Of a DNA stretch of 64,000 nt, positions 11,603-22,207 are shown piece by piece; the first letter of the stretch is position 1; every line of letters begins with the position of its first letter. Below the pieces are notes generated by a model. That model saw only the letters and a list, made by a program, of their open reading frames with translations, was not told the DNA's origin and did no database searches. The position numbers were made by a program, and so were the translations under genes. The stretch comes from an uncultured Chthonomonadaceae bacterium. GTDB lineage: Bacteria; Armatimonadota; Chthonomonadetes; Chthonomonadales; Chthonomonadaceae. Where the stretch lies: assembly GCA_963817895.1 (NCBI GenBank), contig CAWFQB010000001.1, positions 832,001-896,000 of the forward strand, in the 5' to 3' direction.

Positions 11603-11771
11603 ATAGCTTCCTGCTTGCAGTCGGATGCAGACAAGGGAGTTTACCGAAATAACGCATCTTGATAGCGCATCTTCAGAATATGCGCGAGACTTAGACAGTA
11701 CATTCGGGTGTATAATGAAGGGAAGCGCAGGTAACTGCCTTCCTTTCGTCGTTTGTTGCAGGAGGTGAAGC

Positions 11772-12038
11772 ATGAGTTTAACCGTCACCATAGATTTGCC
11801 GGATGAACTGGCATCGCGGTTTGTGGCTTTGCTGCCTGAAGAGGAGCGGAGCCAGTTCAGCGTAGATGCCATTGCTGAGGCTTTGCAGTTCCGTCAAGAA
11901 GAAGACTGCGCAAAGGCTGCGGAAGAGGCAAGACAACAGCGAATTGCAGAGATGGCCGCAGAGTCGTTACAACGTATGCAGGACTTCCCCAGCCGTGAGG
12001 AGCAGTTCATTGCCGCTATCCGAAAAAGCAAGAGTTGA
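11772..12038 (+). CDS. Small protein with RHH-like N-terminus (antitoxin-like)
   Basis: LTVTIDLPDELASRF...SQFSVDAIAEAL; AGGAGG RBS. Confidence 0.65.
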   Translation: MSLTVTIDLPDELASRFVALLPEEERSQFSVDAIAEALQFRQEEDCAKAAEEARQQRIAEMAAESLQRMQDFPSREEQFIAAIRKSKS

Positions 12039-12342
12039 AGTCTACCCGCCTGATCTACCGGACCAAACCTATCAAAATTTACTATCCGCGCTTGAACAGG
12101 AATTCACCTACACCTTCCGTGGCTGTACCGTCCTTCGTGGCCTGAGCGGTAACTACCTTGCACACTCTGGTTGGCCGATACAAGATCAAATCAATTTGCT
12201 TTATACGGATACGTTTTTCACTGTCGAAGACAATTTTGCGCTTCTATCGGAGTACACCGACCGTTTGCGAGTGGCCGCTTTAAAAGCGTTGAAAGAGGAA
12301 GCAATTCTCATTGTTGTGATCAAGGTTTACCACTCCGAGTGA
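12010..12342 (+). CDS. Hypothetical ~110-aa protein overlapping the upstream gene
   Basis: Probable TTG start at 12010 (PLSEKARVEVY...FTYTFRGCTV...EEAILI). Confidence 0.6.
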   Translation: MPLSEKARVEVYPPDLPDQTYQNLLSALEQEFTYTFRGCTVLRGLSGNYLAHSGWPIQDQINLLYTDTFFTVEDNFALLSEYTDRLRVAALKALKEEAILIVVIKVYHSE

Positions 12343-12411
12343 TGAGTTTCATTAGAACAAACAATATTCTGTGATTTTGCAGCCATGCGCGAAAGCGTGT
12401 AAGGAGCAGTT

Positions 12412-12591
12412 ATGCGGAGAGGGCTTCTGATCTGGTCAGGTACTTCTCTTGCTTACTTGTCGTGGCAATATGTCCTTGCCTACTTTTTCGGCTGGAAACA
12501 TCACAGTCCCTACTTTATAGATCAAGCGTTCATGGCTTCCCTGTTTGGCTGTTTTGTGACTCTGCTCTTTTTAGCGAATACGAAGAAATAG
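12412..12591 (+). CDS. 59-aa membrane protein (below ORF-track cutoff)
   Basis: AAGGAG RBS; MRRGLLIWSGTSLAYLSWQYVLAYFFGW...AFMASLFGCFVTLLFLANTKK has two hydrophobic segments. Confidence 0.55.
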   Translation: MRRGLLIWSGTSLAYLSWQYVLAYFFGWKHHSPYFIDQAFMASLFGCFVTLLFLANTKK

Positions 12592-12600
12592 GATGGCGCA

Positions 12601-15600
12601 ATGCCGCAAGATACGCCTGTTGACCACGCGAGGATGTCACTGGAACCGCCGCCCGCCTTTTTTGTGGCGGGGGGAACGCTGTCGCGAGACGCGGCCTGCT
12701 ATGTCGTTCGTAAAGCGGACGAAGAATTGCTCAACGGGCTGCGGCAGGGGCAGTTCTGCTATGTGCTGACCAGCCGGCAGATGGGCAAGTCCAGCCTGAT
12801 GGTGCGCGCGGCCACGCAACTGCGGCAGGAGGGCGTCGCGGTTGCCGTGCTGGATTTAACGGCGATTGGGCAGAACCTTACGCCCGAACAGTGGTACGAC
12901 GGCCTGCTCAACCGCGTCGGCAGGCAGCTCAACCTCGAAGACGAACTCGACGACTTCTGGACGGACAATGAGCGCGTCGGCCCCTTGCAGCGATTCCTGC
13001 GCGCGCTGCTGGAAGTGGTCCTCAAACAAACGCCGGGGCGCGTTGTCCTCTTTATTGACGAGATTGACGCCGTGCGTTCGCTGCCGTTCTCTACCGATGA
13101 GTTCTTTGCGGGCATCCGCGAATGTTACAACGGGCGCGGGGAAGAACCCGACCTGCGCCGCCTCACCTTCGCCCTGTTCGGCGTCGCTTCCCCCTCTGAT
13201 TTGATTCGCGATGTCCGCGTCACACCCTTCAACATCGGCGCGCGCATCGAACTGCGCGACTTTACGCCCGAAGAGGCCGCGCCCCTTGCCACCGGACTTG
13301 CAGCAAGAATATCTAACCACGGGGAACACGGAGGACACGGAGGGAGAAACGAGGGAAAAGAGCAGAGCGAGATTATGGATGACGATGCCGCTGCCGTCGT
13401 CAACGCCCACCTGATACCGGCTGCGTCGCCAGCCACCAACCACCAGTCACCAACCACCAACCACCTCCTTAACCGTATCCTGTACTGGACCAACGGGCAT
13501 CCCTATCTCACGCAAAGGCTGTGTCAGGCGCTGGCGGAGCAGGCGGGTTCCGCGTCGCAGGCCGGATCGGGACAAGCCGCGCTGTCGGCGCAAAAGGTAG
13601 ATGCGTTGTGCGAGGAGATGTTTTTGTCCCCCCGCGCCCGCGAGCGCGACGATAATCTGCTGTTCGTGCGGGAGCGCCTGCTGCGCAGTGACGTGGATAT
13701 TGCCGGCCTGCTCGATCTGTACGCGCATATCCGCGCCGGCCAGCGCATTCCGGATGAAGAGACCAATCGCTTTGTGGACGTGCTGCGGCTGTCCGGCATT
13801 GTACGCGCGGAACATGGCAGATTGCAGGTGCGCAACCGCATCTACGCGCATGTATTCGACCGCGCCTGGGTGCTTGCCAACATGCCGGACGCGGAAATGC
13901 GCCGCCAGCGGATCGCCTACCGCAAAGGATTGCTGCGCGCCCTTGCCCTGTCGTCCGTCGTGCTGCTGGTGATGACCGTTCTCACCGCGTATGCCGTGAC
14001 AAGCGCGAATACGGCCCACGCCCGCGAGATAGACGCCCAAAAAGCCGAAGCCCGCGCCAGCAAGGCCAGCGTGGAGGCCCGCAAGGCTGCTGTCAGTGAA
14101 CGCGCCGCCAGAGAGCAGGCGCAAAACGCCGCTATCGCCGCCGGCAACGCCAGCATAAAGGCGCAAAAATCCGCCGACAGCGAACGCGCCGCCAAAAACG
14201 AGGCCGTTCTCGCCCGCAACAAGCAAGAGGTGATTGCGCGAAAATACGCGATGGCCCTGAAAGACAAAGCGGCTTATGCCAGAGGCCAGGAGCAGGCCGC
14301 AGGGCAGGCGCGACAGCAAAAGCAAATCGCCATGAACTTCGGCATGAAGGCCAAACATAACGAGACGCAGGAGCGCCTGCAAAAAGAGCGCGTGGAGCGC
14401 CTGCTGTACCCCGACTCCATCAGCCATGCGCAAAAGGCTCTTTCGCAGCTCAACGTTGCCGAAGCGCAGGGCTTTCTGGAACGGTACGCCCATCCTGCTG
14501 ATGCCAGACACGACCTGCGCGGATTCGAGTGGCGCTATCTCAAGCGGCAGAGTATCGGCGACAGCCAGCGCACCCTGCAAGGGCATCAGGACAGCGTTTA
14601 CAGTATCGCCGTTTCCCCGGACGGGCAGATGCTCGCCAGTTCCGGCAATGACCGCATCGTTCAAGTGCGCAATCTTCAGACCGGGCAAATGCTTCCCGCG
14701 CCCCAGGTATTTCGCGGCACGGTTCCTGTTCTCGCGTTTTCGCCGGACAAACGCGCGCTGGCCGTAACCACCAGTGACAAGACGTATTTATGGGATGTGG
14801 CAACGGCAAGTCTGCGCGACACGCTGCTGTCAGTGACGCCGCAGGGCAAATCGCTGGCGATGTCCGCTCTGGCCTTTTCCCCGGACGGCAAATGGCTGGC
14901 GCTGGGAAGTTACAGCGGCAGCATTGATTTATGGGACATGACTACGCGGCAAAAAACGCGGCATCTACTGCACCATCCGAATGGGGATGAATGGAAGAAT
15001 ACGTATCAGATAGACTGCCTGGCCTTTTCCCCGGACGGCAAATGGCTGACAAGCTGCCTGTGGGATCATCACGGCCTGCAAAATTCCACCAAACTCTGGG
15101 ACGTGGCGACCGGGCGCGAAATGGCGACATTGGGCGGAACCGAGGCGGATCATCGCCACTGGAGCCGGGTTTACAGCCTTGCCTTTTCGCGGGACAGCCA
15201 GTTTCTCGCGACCGGCGGGCAGGATCACATCGCGCGAATATGGAACGTACAAAACATTTCCAGGCCTGTTGTCTCTCAAGAACTCGCTTCTCATGCCAAC
15301 GAAGTTACCGGCGTTGCCTACTCCCTGGACGGCAAGTGGCTGGCGACCGGCAGCAGCGATGGCGGCATCAAGCTCTGGGACGTGGGGGACAAAGCCACGC
15401 GGGGCAAGCCACGCGAAGTGACGACACTGCGCGGACACGTCAAAGCCGTTACCAGCGTGGCGTTCACGCCCGACAGCCGCAGCCTGGTCAGCGGCAGCCT
15501 GGACAAAACCCTCAAAATATGGGAACTGGCCCCGGCTCTTCCCCGCATCCTTGCCGCGCATCAGAGTCCCGTAGATACCTTGGTCTACTCCCGCGACGGC

Positions 15601-16584
15601 AAATGGCTGGCGACCGGCTGCACCTATCAGGGAGATGTCGTCCGCATCTGGGACGCCACAACCCTGCAGTTGCAAGCGAAAACCGATCCCCATCAAAACG
15701 GCGCGTGCGCCGCCTTTGCCCCGGATGGCAACACCCTTGTCGTGGCCGGGCAGGACAAAACGCTGACCCTTTGCGACACGCGGACCGGCAAGACCATCGC
15801 CGAATTCAAGGGGTTTCTGGAGCCGTTCAACGCCGTCGTCTTTTCGCCGGACGGCAAGACCATCGCAACCGGAGGGCAGAGGGGAACTTTCGCGCAGGGA
15901 GGCGACCATAACCCCTGGAACGGTTATCATCCGCGCCTGTGGGATGTGGCGACGCGGAGCGAAATACCGGAATTCGCGCAACATCAGGGGCATTACGGCT
16001 GGGTGCTGTGCCTCGCGTTTTCGCCGGACAGCAAAATTCTGGTATCAGGCGGCGGCGGCGGCGAACTGCGCTGGTGGGACGTGGCCGCGCGTAAAGAACT
16101 GGGCAGCCCGCCGCGCCAGAACAATGGCGTGACCGTTACGGCAGAGTTCGCGCATCAAAAAGACCTCTACGCTCTGGCCTTTTCCCCGGACGGCAAATGG
16201 CTGGCAACCGGCAGCGAGGACAACACCGCGCGCCTGTGGAACGTCCATACGCGCAAACCGGCTTATACGCTGCTGGGACACGGGGATATTGTATACGCCG
16301 CCTCGTTCTCGCCCGACGGCAAAACCCTCGCGACGGGAAGCCGTGATGGGCTTGTCAAATTGTGGTCGCTGGCAACCCTGCGCGACAATCAGGTGCTCGA
16401 AACCCTGACTCTGGCCTCGCATCAGGAGAGCATCCGCTCCCTGCAATTTTCGCCGGATGGCAATACGCTGACTGCCGGGTATCTTGGCGGCAATGTTCGT
16501 TTCTGGCGGGCGGACGCTCTTGCCCCCGCGCGGCCCGCGCCGGACAAGCGTAAACAGTTCGCTTCACGGCTGGCGCAGCCGTGA
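12601..16584 (+). CDS. AAA-like (AAA_35/STAND-type) NTPase - TM helix - coiled stalk - WD40 repeat protein
   Basis: GGTL...[14 protein letters not shown] (Walker A), VLFIDEID (Walker B), [17 protein letters not shown] segment [19 protein letters not shown], then about 14 AFSPDG...LWD repeats. Confidence 0.9.
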   Translation: MPQDTPVDHARMSLEPPPAFFVAGGTLSRDAACYVVRKADEELLNGLRQGQFCYVLTSRQMGKSSLMVRAATQLRQEGVAVAVLDLTAIGQNLTPEQWYDGLLNRVGRQLNLEDELDDFWTDNERVGPLQRFLRALLEVVLKQTPGRVVLFIDEIDAVRSLPFSTDEFFAGIRECYNGRGEEPDLRRLTFALFGVASPSDLIRDVRVTPFNIGARIELRDFTPEEAAPLATGLAARISNHGEHGGHGGRNEGKEQSEIMDDDAAAVVNAHLIPAASPATNHQSPTTNHLLNRILYWTNGHPYLTQRLCQALAEQAGSASQAGSGQAALSAQKVDALCEEMFLSPRARERDDNLLFVRERLLRSDVDIAGLLDLYAHIRAGQRIPDEETNRFVDVLRLSGIVRAEHGRLQVRNRIYAHVFDRAWVLANMPDAEMRRQRIAYRKGLLRALALSSVVLLVMTVLTAYAVTSANTAHAREIDAQKAEARASKASVEARKAAVSERAAREQAQNAAIAAGNASIKAQKSADSERAAKNEAVLARNKQEVIARKYAMALKDKAAYARGQEQAAGQARQQKQIAMNFGMKAKHNETQERLQKERVERLLYPDSISHAQKALSQLNVAEAQGFLERYAHPADARHDLRGFEWRYLKRQSIGDSQRTLQGHQDSVYSIAVSPDGQMLASSGNDRIVQVRNLQTGQMLPAPQVFRGTVPVLAFSPDKRALAVTTSDKTYLWDVATASLRDTLLSVTPQGKSLAMSALAFSPDGKWLALGSYSGSIDLWDMTTRQKTRHLLHHPNGDEWKNTYQIDCLAFSPDGKWLTSCLWDHHGLQNSTKLWDVATGREMATLGGTEADHRHWSRVYSLAFSRDSQFLATGGQDHIARIWNVQNISRPVVSQELASHANEVTGVAYSLDGKWLATGSSDGGIKLWDVGDKATRGKPREVTTLRGHVKAVTSVAFTPDSRSLVSGSLDKTLKIWELAPALPRILAAHQSPVDTLVYSRDGKWLATGCTYQGDVVRIWDATTLQLQAKTDPHQNGACAAFAPDGNTLVVAGQDKTLTLCDTRTGKTIAEFKGFLEPFNAVVFSPDGKTIATGGQRGTFAQGGDHNPWNGYHPRLWDVATRSEIPEFAQHQGHYGWVLCLAFSPDSKILVSGGGGGELRWWDVAARKELGSPPRQNNGVTVTAEFAHQKDLYALAFSPDGKWLATGSEDNTARLWNVHTRKPAYTLLGHGDIVYAASFSPDGKTLATGSRDGLVKLWSLATLRDNQVLETLTLASHQESIRSLQFSPDGNTLTAGYLGGNVRFWRADALAPARPAPDKRKQFASRLAQP

Positions 16585-16620
16585 AGCAGCGCGTCCGCCC
16601 TATCAACTCTCAACTATCAA

Positions 16621-16848
16621 CTAATTTCCCAAATCCCTGCGCCCGCCCGCGCCCGTGCTGGGGTTGGAAACCACGCGCCCGTTGCCATCGGTTTTGGCTC
16701 CCGTGATGAACCCGTCTTTGGTTCCCTGATTACCCACAACGGCATCGGCGGTGTGCGGGGGATTGCAGCCGGAAAGCAGCGCGCCCCCGCACAGCAGGGC
16801 CACGCAGCAGAACCCCGACACAGCGCGGCGTTTGATGAATGAAAACAT
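16621..16848 (-). CDS. Small lipoprotein
   Basis: AGGAGAGG RBS; KRR plus hydrophobic stretch plus LSGC lipobox. Confidence 0.65.
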   Translation of the reverse strand: MFSFIKRRAVSGFCCVALLCGGALLSGCNPPHTADAVVGNQGTKDGFITGAKTDGNGRVVSNPSTGAGGRRDLGN

Positions 16849-16937
16849 GATGACCTCTCCTGAAGAAACGGTAAAACGATGAAACTCCCCTACAGCATAC
16901 CTGATTTGGCAATATCGGCGCGGCGGCAGGCGCGATA

Positions 16938-18056
16938 TTAACTGCCGCTTGCTTTCGGCGCGGCGCGACTGGAATCGCGCGCGGCCTGCGGATCGCTGCC
17001 GGAAATATGTCCGCCCTGAGAAATGGCCCAGCGCAGGGCAAAGCCGCCGGCCAATCCCGCAACTGCGCCCGCGATGCGCAACGCCCGCCGCGTTTTGGGG
17101 TTTTTCACCGGGATCGCGCCGAGCAGCGCGGAACCGGCCAGCCCCGCGCCCACTGCCCCACCCCAAAAGTGCGGCGCGTACTTACCTTTTGTAATCGGCG
17201 CGGCGAATTTGCCTGCTTCACTGAGATACCCGGCGAGGGCAACGGCTTCCGTTATTTTGGCGACGGTATCCATCTGCTTGAGCGGGCGATGCGAGGGCGC
17301 GGACTCAGCGTTTGCAGAGCGGGCTTGCAGCGCGAGTTCCAGCGCGGACGCTCCCGTACTGATCGCCGACGCGCTGAACAACGGACCGAGCCAGCGATTA
17401 CGCGCCCACAGGGGAGTCGCGGACGTACTCAGCAGAACGCCCGTATACCCCGCCAGCAACAGCGCCAGCGGCATCCCCGCCCCGTCCAGAGCGGCGTCTA
17501 CAAAGGATGAAGGATGAAGGATGAAGGATGAAGCCTCTCCCTCTCGTATCTCGTATCTCGTATCTCGTATCTTCTCTTCTCCTCTTCTCCTTTTCTCCTT
17601 TTCTCCCCCTCTTTGCCCTTTCCGCCACTCTTTCAGCGCGGTAAGCGTGAGGACGGCTCCGTAGCCGGTCAGGGTCCAGGTTCCCAGGTTCATGGGAGAG
17701 CGGGGTTTGAACACGCGCAGCATGTAGTGGAAGCGGGTCATGTCGCCCAAATCTCGAATCAGAAGCGGGGCGCACGGAACGAAGGCGGTGGCGGCAATGG
17801 CGGTTCCCGCCTGCGTGATGTCCTGATAGCGTTTGCCGCCGAAACGAGCCGCAGTTCGCGCCAGCAGGTATGCGCCCGCCGACAGCCCGCCCAGAAAGAA
17901 ATAGGTTGCAATCTCCCACTTCCAGACGGGCGGCTTGAGCATCGGCACATCGTAGTAACTTTTGGGTGTTTCGGATTCCGGTTTGCGGCGAGCAGGGGGC
18001 ATAGCAGGCGTACTCCTTCCCTTCCTTTTACGCTCTTGTCGCCGTGATGTTTCCAC
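16938..18056 (-). CDS. nrfD: NrfD/PsrC-family molybdoenzyme membrane anchor, with in-frame repeat insertion
   Basis: YY..P.LKPPVWKWEIATYFFLGGL, LI.DLG...RF, SPM..G.W, YTGVLL..SA.P.W, LRW. Confidence 0.85.
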   Translation of the reverse strand: METSRRQERKRKGRSTPAMPPARRKPESETPKSYYDVPMLKPPVWKWEIATYFFLGGLSAGAYLLARTAARFGGKRYQDITQAGTAIAATAFVPCAPLLIRDLGDMTRFHYMLRVFKPRSPMNLGTWTLTGYGAVLTLTALKEWRKGQRGGEKEKRRRGEEKIRDTRYEIREGEASSFILHPSSFVDAALDGAGMPLALLLAGYTGVLLSTSATPLWARNRWLGPLFSASAISTGASALELALQARSANAESAPSHRPLKQMDTVAKITEAVALAGYLSEAGKFAAPITKGKYAPHFWGGAVGAGLAGSALLGAIPVKNPKTRRALRIAGAVAGLAGGFALRWAISQGGHISGSDPQAARDSSRAAPKASGS

Positions 18057-18072
18057 AGTATTTCAGCAATGT

Positions 18073-19565
18073 CTAGGCCGCTTTCTGCAAATGTTTCATG
18101 CAGCGGTTGGCCCAACTTGCCTGACTTTCAAAAGGGAGGTCTGATCCGCTTGCCATTCTCGCTTCGAGAGCTTCCGCTGTCAGGGGCCGGTCGAAATAGT
18201 AGCCCTGCCCGATCTGGCAGCCCAACCCTTGCAAATGCGCGAGCTGCTCCTTTGTTTCGATGCCTTCGCCGGTGATGTTGAGGTTCAGCGCTTTCGACCG
18301 CGTTTTCCACAATGGCGCGATAGCGCTCTTCGGCCTGCGCCGCCCGCTCTTTCTCCTGCCGCGCCTGTTTCCACTCGCGGTGCAGGCGCGACGCGACCAG
18401 ATTAAAAGAACGCGCTACCTGCGCCAGTTCGTCGCGGCTTTCCAGAACCAGAAGGGCGCTGTGGCTCATATCGCCGCTGCTCATCTGCCGGGAAGCGGCT
18501 TCCAGAGTGGATACCGTCCGCATCACGGTCAGATAAAAGGCCGTATACAGATAGGCGACGAGCAGTAACATTCCCGTCGTGAAAACTTCGGCGCGGGTTT
18601 TGCGTTGCGCGAAAACTTCGGCGCGCCGCGTAAGCAAAATGTCCAGCGCGTCGGCTGCCGGGTTCCATAAATGGAGGTTTGCGAACCGGGCGCGTCGGCA
18701 GGACTGAACCATCAGAACCGCATCGTGCGGCGTAAAAATTCTGGAACTGCCGCAATCGGCCAGAATTCGGGCAAGCGCTTTGTGCGTCGTGGCGACCTGC
18801 GCGTACAAATCCAGCAGGCGCGGCTTGAGAATACCCGAAGGGTTGTTGCGGAAAGCAACATCCCCATCATGCGCGACGGCATCAATGCTCTGCTGTAGTT
18901 GCCCCGCCAGCACCAAAAAGCGCGCCTGTTGCGCGCTTGTCAGCGGCTGTCCCAAAGCGTTTTGTTCGCTCAAATTCTGCGTTTGCAGTATCAGGTCGGC
19001 GCAGGTGGGCAGGTCTACCACAAGGGCGTTCATTGTGTAGTAGCTGTCAAGATCGGGGTCTAAAATCAGCGTGGACGTATTGCCCACATGCGACATAAGC
19101 GCGACTGCTTCACCGCGCAGTTTGTCATGCAGGGCGCGAGATTGCGCGGAATTGCCAACCATTTCGCTTTGCGTACACGCTCGCCAGTCATCGCGAAGGG
19201 CGCGGCAGGCGCGAACGGTTTCCAGTTCCGCGCCATGCGCCCGCTCCTGCGCGTCAAGCGCCTGCAAATCGCTGCCGATTTCGCGTTTCCAGTTTCCCGT
19301 CTGATTTCGACATCCCGGCAGCGTCCGAGCGCAACTGTGGCGCGGGGATATGCGTCGCCAACGGTTCCAGCAAACGCCGCAGGGGACGCAAATACGCGGT
19401 TCCCGTCTGTTCGCGGGTGGCAAGCAGGATGCCGGCGTCCACTTCATGCAGAAATTGCTGCATGACATACATTAGCGGCAGAGCGAATAGCAGGCTGATA
19501 AGCCCGAACTTTTGCGGATATTTCAAGCGATTAAGCAGCATCGCCGCAGGCCGAAAAATAAGCAT
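18073..19565 (-). pseudogene. Internally deleted sensor-HAMP-(PAS)-EAL signalling gene
   Basis: TM, LILDPDLDSYY sensor, TM, HAMP (RDELAQVARSFN), then EERYRAIVENA joins out of frame to the EAL tail EGIETKEQL..L..LGC..GQGYYF.RP. Confidence 0.7.
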
Positions 19566-19753
19566 GGTGGTGTCCCCGTCACGAGCATCGGTCAAGCCAT
19601 GTAAGGGTATGCCTGCGGCGCTGCAAACAACCTCTTTTCGCACGCGTACTGAAAACGCACGCTTCCAAACGACTTTATCATTGGCAGGGAAACAATCTTT
19701 CAAGAGGGAAACGGGAAACGGCGAGACATCAAGCAGGTCAACAGCAATTCTGT

Positions 19754-20911
19754 TTACGCGCCTTCGATGATTTCGACGTTGGCGCGGGGAACGGTGACGT
19801 GGCTGCCATCCGCGAGTTGGGCGTGGAGGACGCGCACGAGGGTTTCGGATTCCACCTGAACCAGTTCGGAGGGCAGGGCAGTGACAGTGGCGAGCAGGCC
19901 AAAGTAGGGTTCGCGGATGATGCGAATGGACGTGCCGACGCTCAACTGCCCGGATGTGTCGTTTTCATTTGTGGAGGCGGAGGAGGGCGGGGGAACATCG
20001 AGAGGAACAATCACTTCGGGACGGATGACGCCCGCCCGTATTTGAGTCGCGCCGTTGATGGACGCGGTTTTGCCTTCGAGGGATTGGAACAGGGCGAAGG
20101 TGCGGGCGGCCATTTCAATCGCGCCGAAACCCTCCGTCACCATCAGGGTAAACGCGATGGGTTCCTGCCCCGTAATGGCGACGCCGATGTCGTAACCGGG
20201 CTGATTGAGCGCGAGGGCAAGGTAATCCATGAGTTCGCGGTCAATGATGCCGCCGCCCACAAGCCCGACCACGCCCAGTTCCGCCGCCCGCGCCAACGCG
20301 CTGCCCGTAATCTGCGCCCCGGCGACAACGATTTTGCCCCGATGCGCCGAAGTAAGCAGTTCCGGCGTCAGCGGCTGCTGCGGGTCGGAACTTGCCATGG
20401 CGATCTCGCCCAGACGTTCGCCGCCCACGCCGAAGATGCCCTGTACCAGCGCGCCATACGTGGAAACAACCACGCCCTCTTCCGGCAGAACCCGGCTGAC
20501 GGTTCCCCGGATGTAGGCTGTTCGCTCCACAGGCTCCGGCGCTTCACGGATGCCGACGTGTCCGGTTGTGGACGAAATCAGTTCGATATGCCCCGTGACC
20601 GGCGACACAAACCGCGTCCGAAAGTATTTGCCGAACACGCCCTTTGTTTCGGCCAGCACATCCCCGGTGGTTACGGCGTCCCCGATTTTCACCTGGAGCA
20701 GTCCCGGCACATCGGCGGCGTCAATGCCCAGTTTTTCGGCAATCCGCGCGGTCTGCATCAGTCCCGGCAGGAATGTGCGGGCCACAACCGTATCCGGCTG
20801 CACCGCATCCCCCTCTGCCACCAGCACCACGCCCTTCAGCGGCAATCGGCGCGCTTTCTCAACCGTTGTGCGGGCGCTCACTTTCAGCCCCGGCGTGTAC
20901 GCGCTTCCCAA
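19754..20911 (-). CDS. Uncharacterised protein: two barrel-sandwich-hybrid-like motifs, alpha/beta core, C-terminal KOW-like motif
   Basis: LVAEGDAVQPDTVVA; VKIGDAVTTGDVLAE...SPVTG; GVAITGQE; TEGFG; GATQIRAGVIRPE; VGTSIRIIREPYFG...VPRANVE. Confidence 0.75.
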   Translation of the reverse strand: MGSAYTPGLKVSARTTVEKARRLPLKGVVLVAEGDAVQPDTVVARTFLPGLMQTARIAEKLGIDAADVPGLLQVKIGDAVTTGDVLAETKGVFGKYFRTRFVSPVTGHIELISSTTGHVGIREAPEPVERTAYIRGTVSRVLPEEGVVVSTYGALVQGIFGVGGERLGEIAMASSDPQQPLTPELLTSAHRGKIVVAGAQITGSALARAAELGVVGLVGGGIIDRELMDYLALALNQPGYDIGVAITGQEPIAFTLMVTEGFGAIEMAARTFALFQSLEGKTASINGATQIRAGVIRPEVIVPLDVPPPSSASTNENDTSGQLSVGTSIRIIREPYFGLLATVTALPSELVQVESETLVRVLHAQLADGSHVTVPRANVEIIEGA

Positions 20912-20929
20912 GAAGTCTCCTTCGGAGAA

Positions 20930-21013
20930 GGTTGTTAGTTGTTAGGTTGTTAGTTGTTAGGTTATTAGGAAGTTGATACGCTTAACAACCTAACAACCTG
21001 ACAACTAACAACC
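20930..21013. repeat. Inverted (GTTGTTA/GTTAGGTT)n array
   Basis: Arms are reverse complements; same unit at 38592-38723. Confidence 0.8.
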
Positions 21014-21020
21014 CAACCGC

Positions 21021-21674
21021 CTACTTCTCCACATCTTTCCTCGTAATGCGTTCGGTGTTGCCATTCGCGTACAAAATTACCGTCGTGGCTTTGTTGGGGT
21101 CGTCGGCGTTGTGCGGGAACTTGAGCAGTTTGGAAAGCGCTTCTTCGCCTTCGGGCGTGTTGCGGGGCAGGATTCGCGCATGTGCGTTGCGGCCCTCCCC
21201 CGGCGCTTCCATCAGCAGAATCAGATGGCTCAGATCGTAGTTTTTGCCTTTCTGGTCGGGGTTGGCGGGATCAAGGCTCAGGTTGTCGGCAAGGTCGTTG
21301 TAAATATAATGGAGGGGGTGGCCGTACTCGTCCTCGCCATGCAGATAGGATAATCTGCCGCCGGCGGTATCGGGCGGGGCGGACAGATACCCCGCCACCT
21401 GATCCGTCCATTCCGCGGCGGTGGGCAGATGCTCGTCGTGATCCATCGCGTACCCGTGCATCGCCTGATGCAGCGTGTGCAGGTTCGCGTCCGCAATCGT
21501 GAGGTCGCGGGTGATTTTGAACTGAATGAACAGGGAATACATGCCGACGAACAGGCCGAGAACAATGACCACAATCACGGCCAGCGACATCATGCTGAGA
21601 TGCCGCTGTCCTAATCGCAGCGTGGCCTTGCGTTCCGGGCGCGGCAGGGGAGGGGTTTCGGTAATGTTGTTCAT
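21021..21674 (-). CDS. Membrane-anchored protein resembling DUF1559/H-X9-DG pilin-like family, no prepilin cleavage motif
   Basis: TM helix, then ANLHTLHQAMHGYAMDHDEHLP; C-terminal PH...ILYANG. Confidence 0.55.
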   Translation of the reverse strand: MNNITETPPLPRPERKATLRLGQRHLSMMSLAVIVVIVLGLFVGMYSLFIQFKITRDLTIADANLHTLHQAMHGYAMDHDEHLPTAAEWTDQVAGYLSAPPDTAGGRLSYLHGEDEYGHPLHYIYNDLADNLSLDPANPDQKGKNYDLSHLILLMEAPGEGRNAHARILPRNTPEGEEALSKLLKFPHNADDPNKATTVILYANGNTERITRKDVEK

Positions 21675-22129
21675 AATGTTTTCTGCAAGAAATACCGTTT
21701 ATGATCGTCAGGGAATCGGTCGAGCGTACCGAAAACGGCGTAGCCCAGTTTCTGATAAAAGGGCAGAGCCTGAAAATCGAACGTATCCAGATGGGCGTGG
21801 TGGCAGCCGCGCCGCAACGCCTCCTCTTCGGCCATCGCCATCAGGCGCGTGCCCCATCCCTGATTACGCGCTTTTTCGTGAATGGCAAGCACGTCCACAT
21901 ACAGCCAGCCCCAGTAGGTTTCGCCCCACAACCCGCCTACAACCTGCCCGCCCGCGTCGCGCAGCACGACGGCGAGATGCAGGTGGTCGTCCTCGCCGAT
22001 CTGTTCCCGGTTGTAGCGATTGAGAAGTTGTTTCACCGAGTGGACGGACTGAGGCGCGGGCCACTCCTCCACCTGAAAGGTGAAGGGTTCCACAAGCGCG
22101 GTCTGCCGTTTGGCCTCCGAGGTTTCCAA
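21671..22129 (-). CDS. GNAT acetyltransferase
   Basis: RNQGWGTRLM, LDTFDFQALPFYQKLGY. Confidence 0.9.
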   Translation of the reverse strand: METSEAKRQTALVEPFTFQVEEWPAPQSVHSVKQLLNRYNREQIGEDDHLHLAVVLRDAGGQVVGGLWGETYWGWLYVDVLAIHEKARNQGWGTRLMAMAEEEALRRGCHHAHLDTFDFQALPFYQKLGYAVFGTLDRFPDDHKRYFLQKTL

Positions 22130-22207
22130 TGCGATTTTCTCCTGTCAAGAAACCGGTGTTCGGTGTTCAGGTGTTCAGGTATTCAGGTATTCGGTGTTCT
22201 GGCATGT

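Noticed and set aside
10220..11872. Long antisense ORFs (also 7598..8764, 13447..14688, 19799..20938, 31944..33371)
   Set aside because: Shadow frames of well-supported genes on the opposite strand, expected in GC-rich DNA; no motifs.
14860..16215. Near-identical CTGGCCTTTTCCCCGGACGGCAAATGGCTG copies as DGR template/variable repeats
   Set aside because: They encode the AFSPDGKWL motif of WD40 repeats; no reverse transcriptase and no adenine-specific variation.
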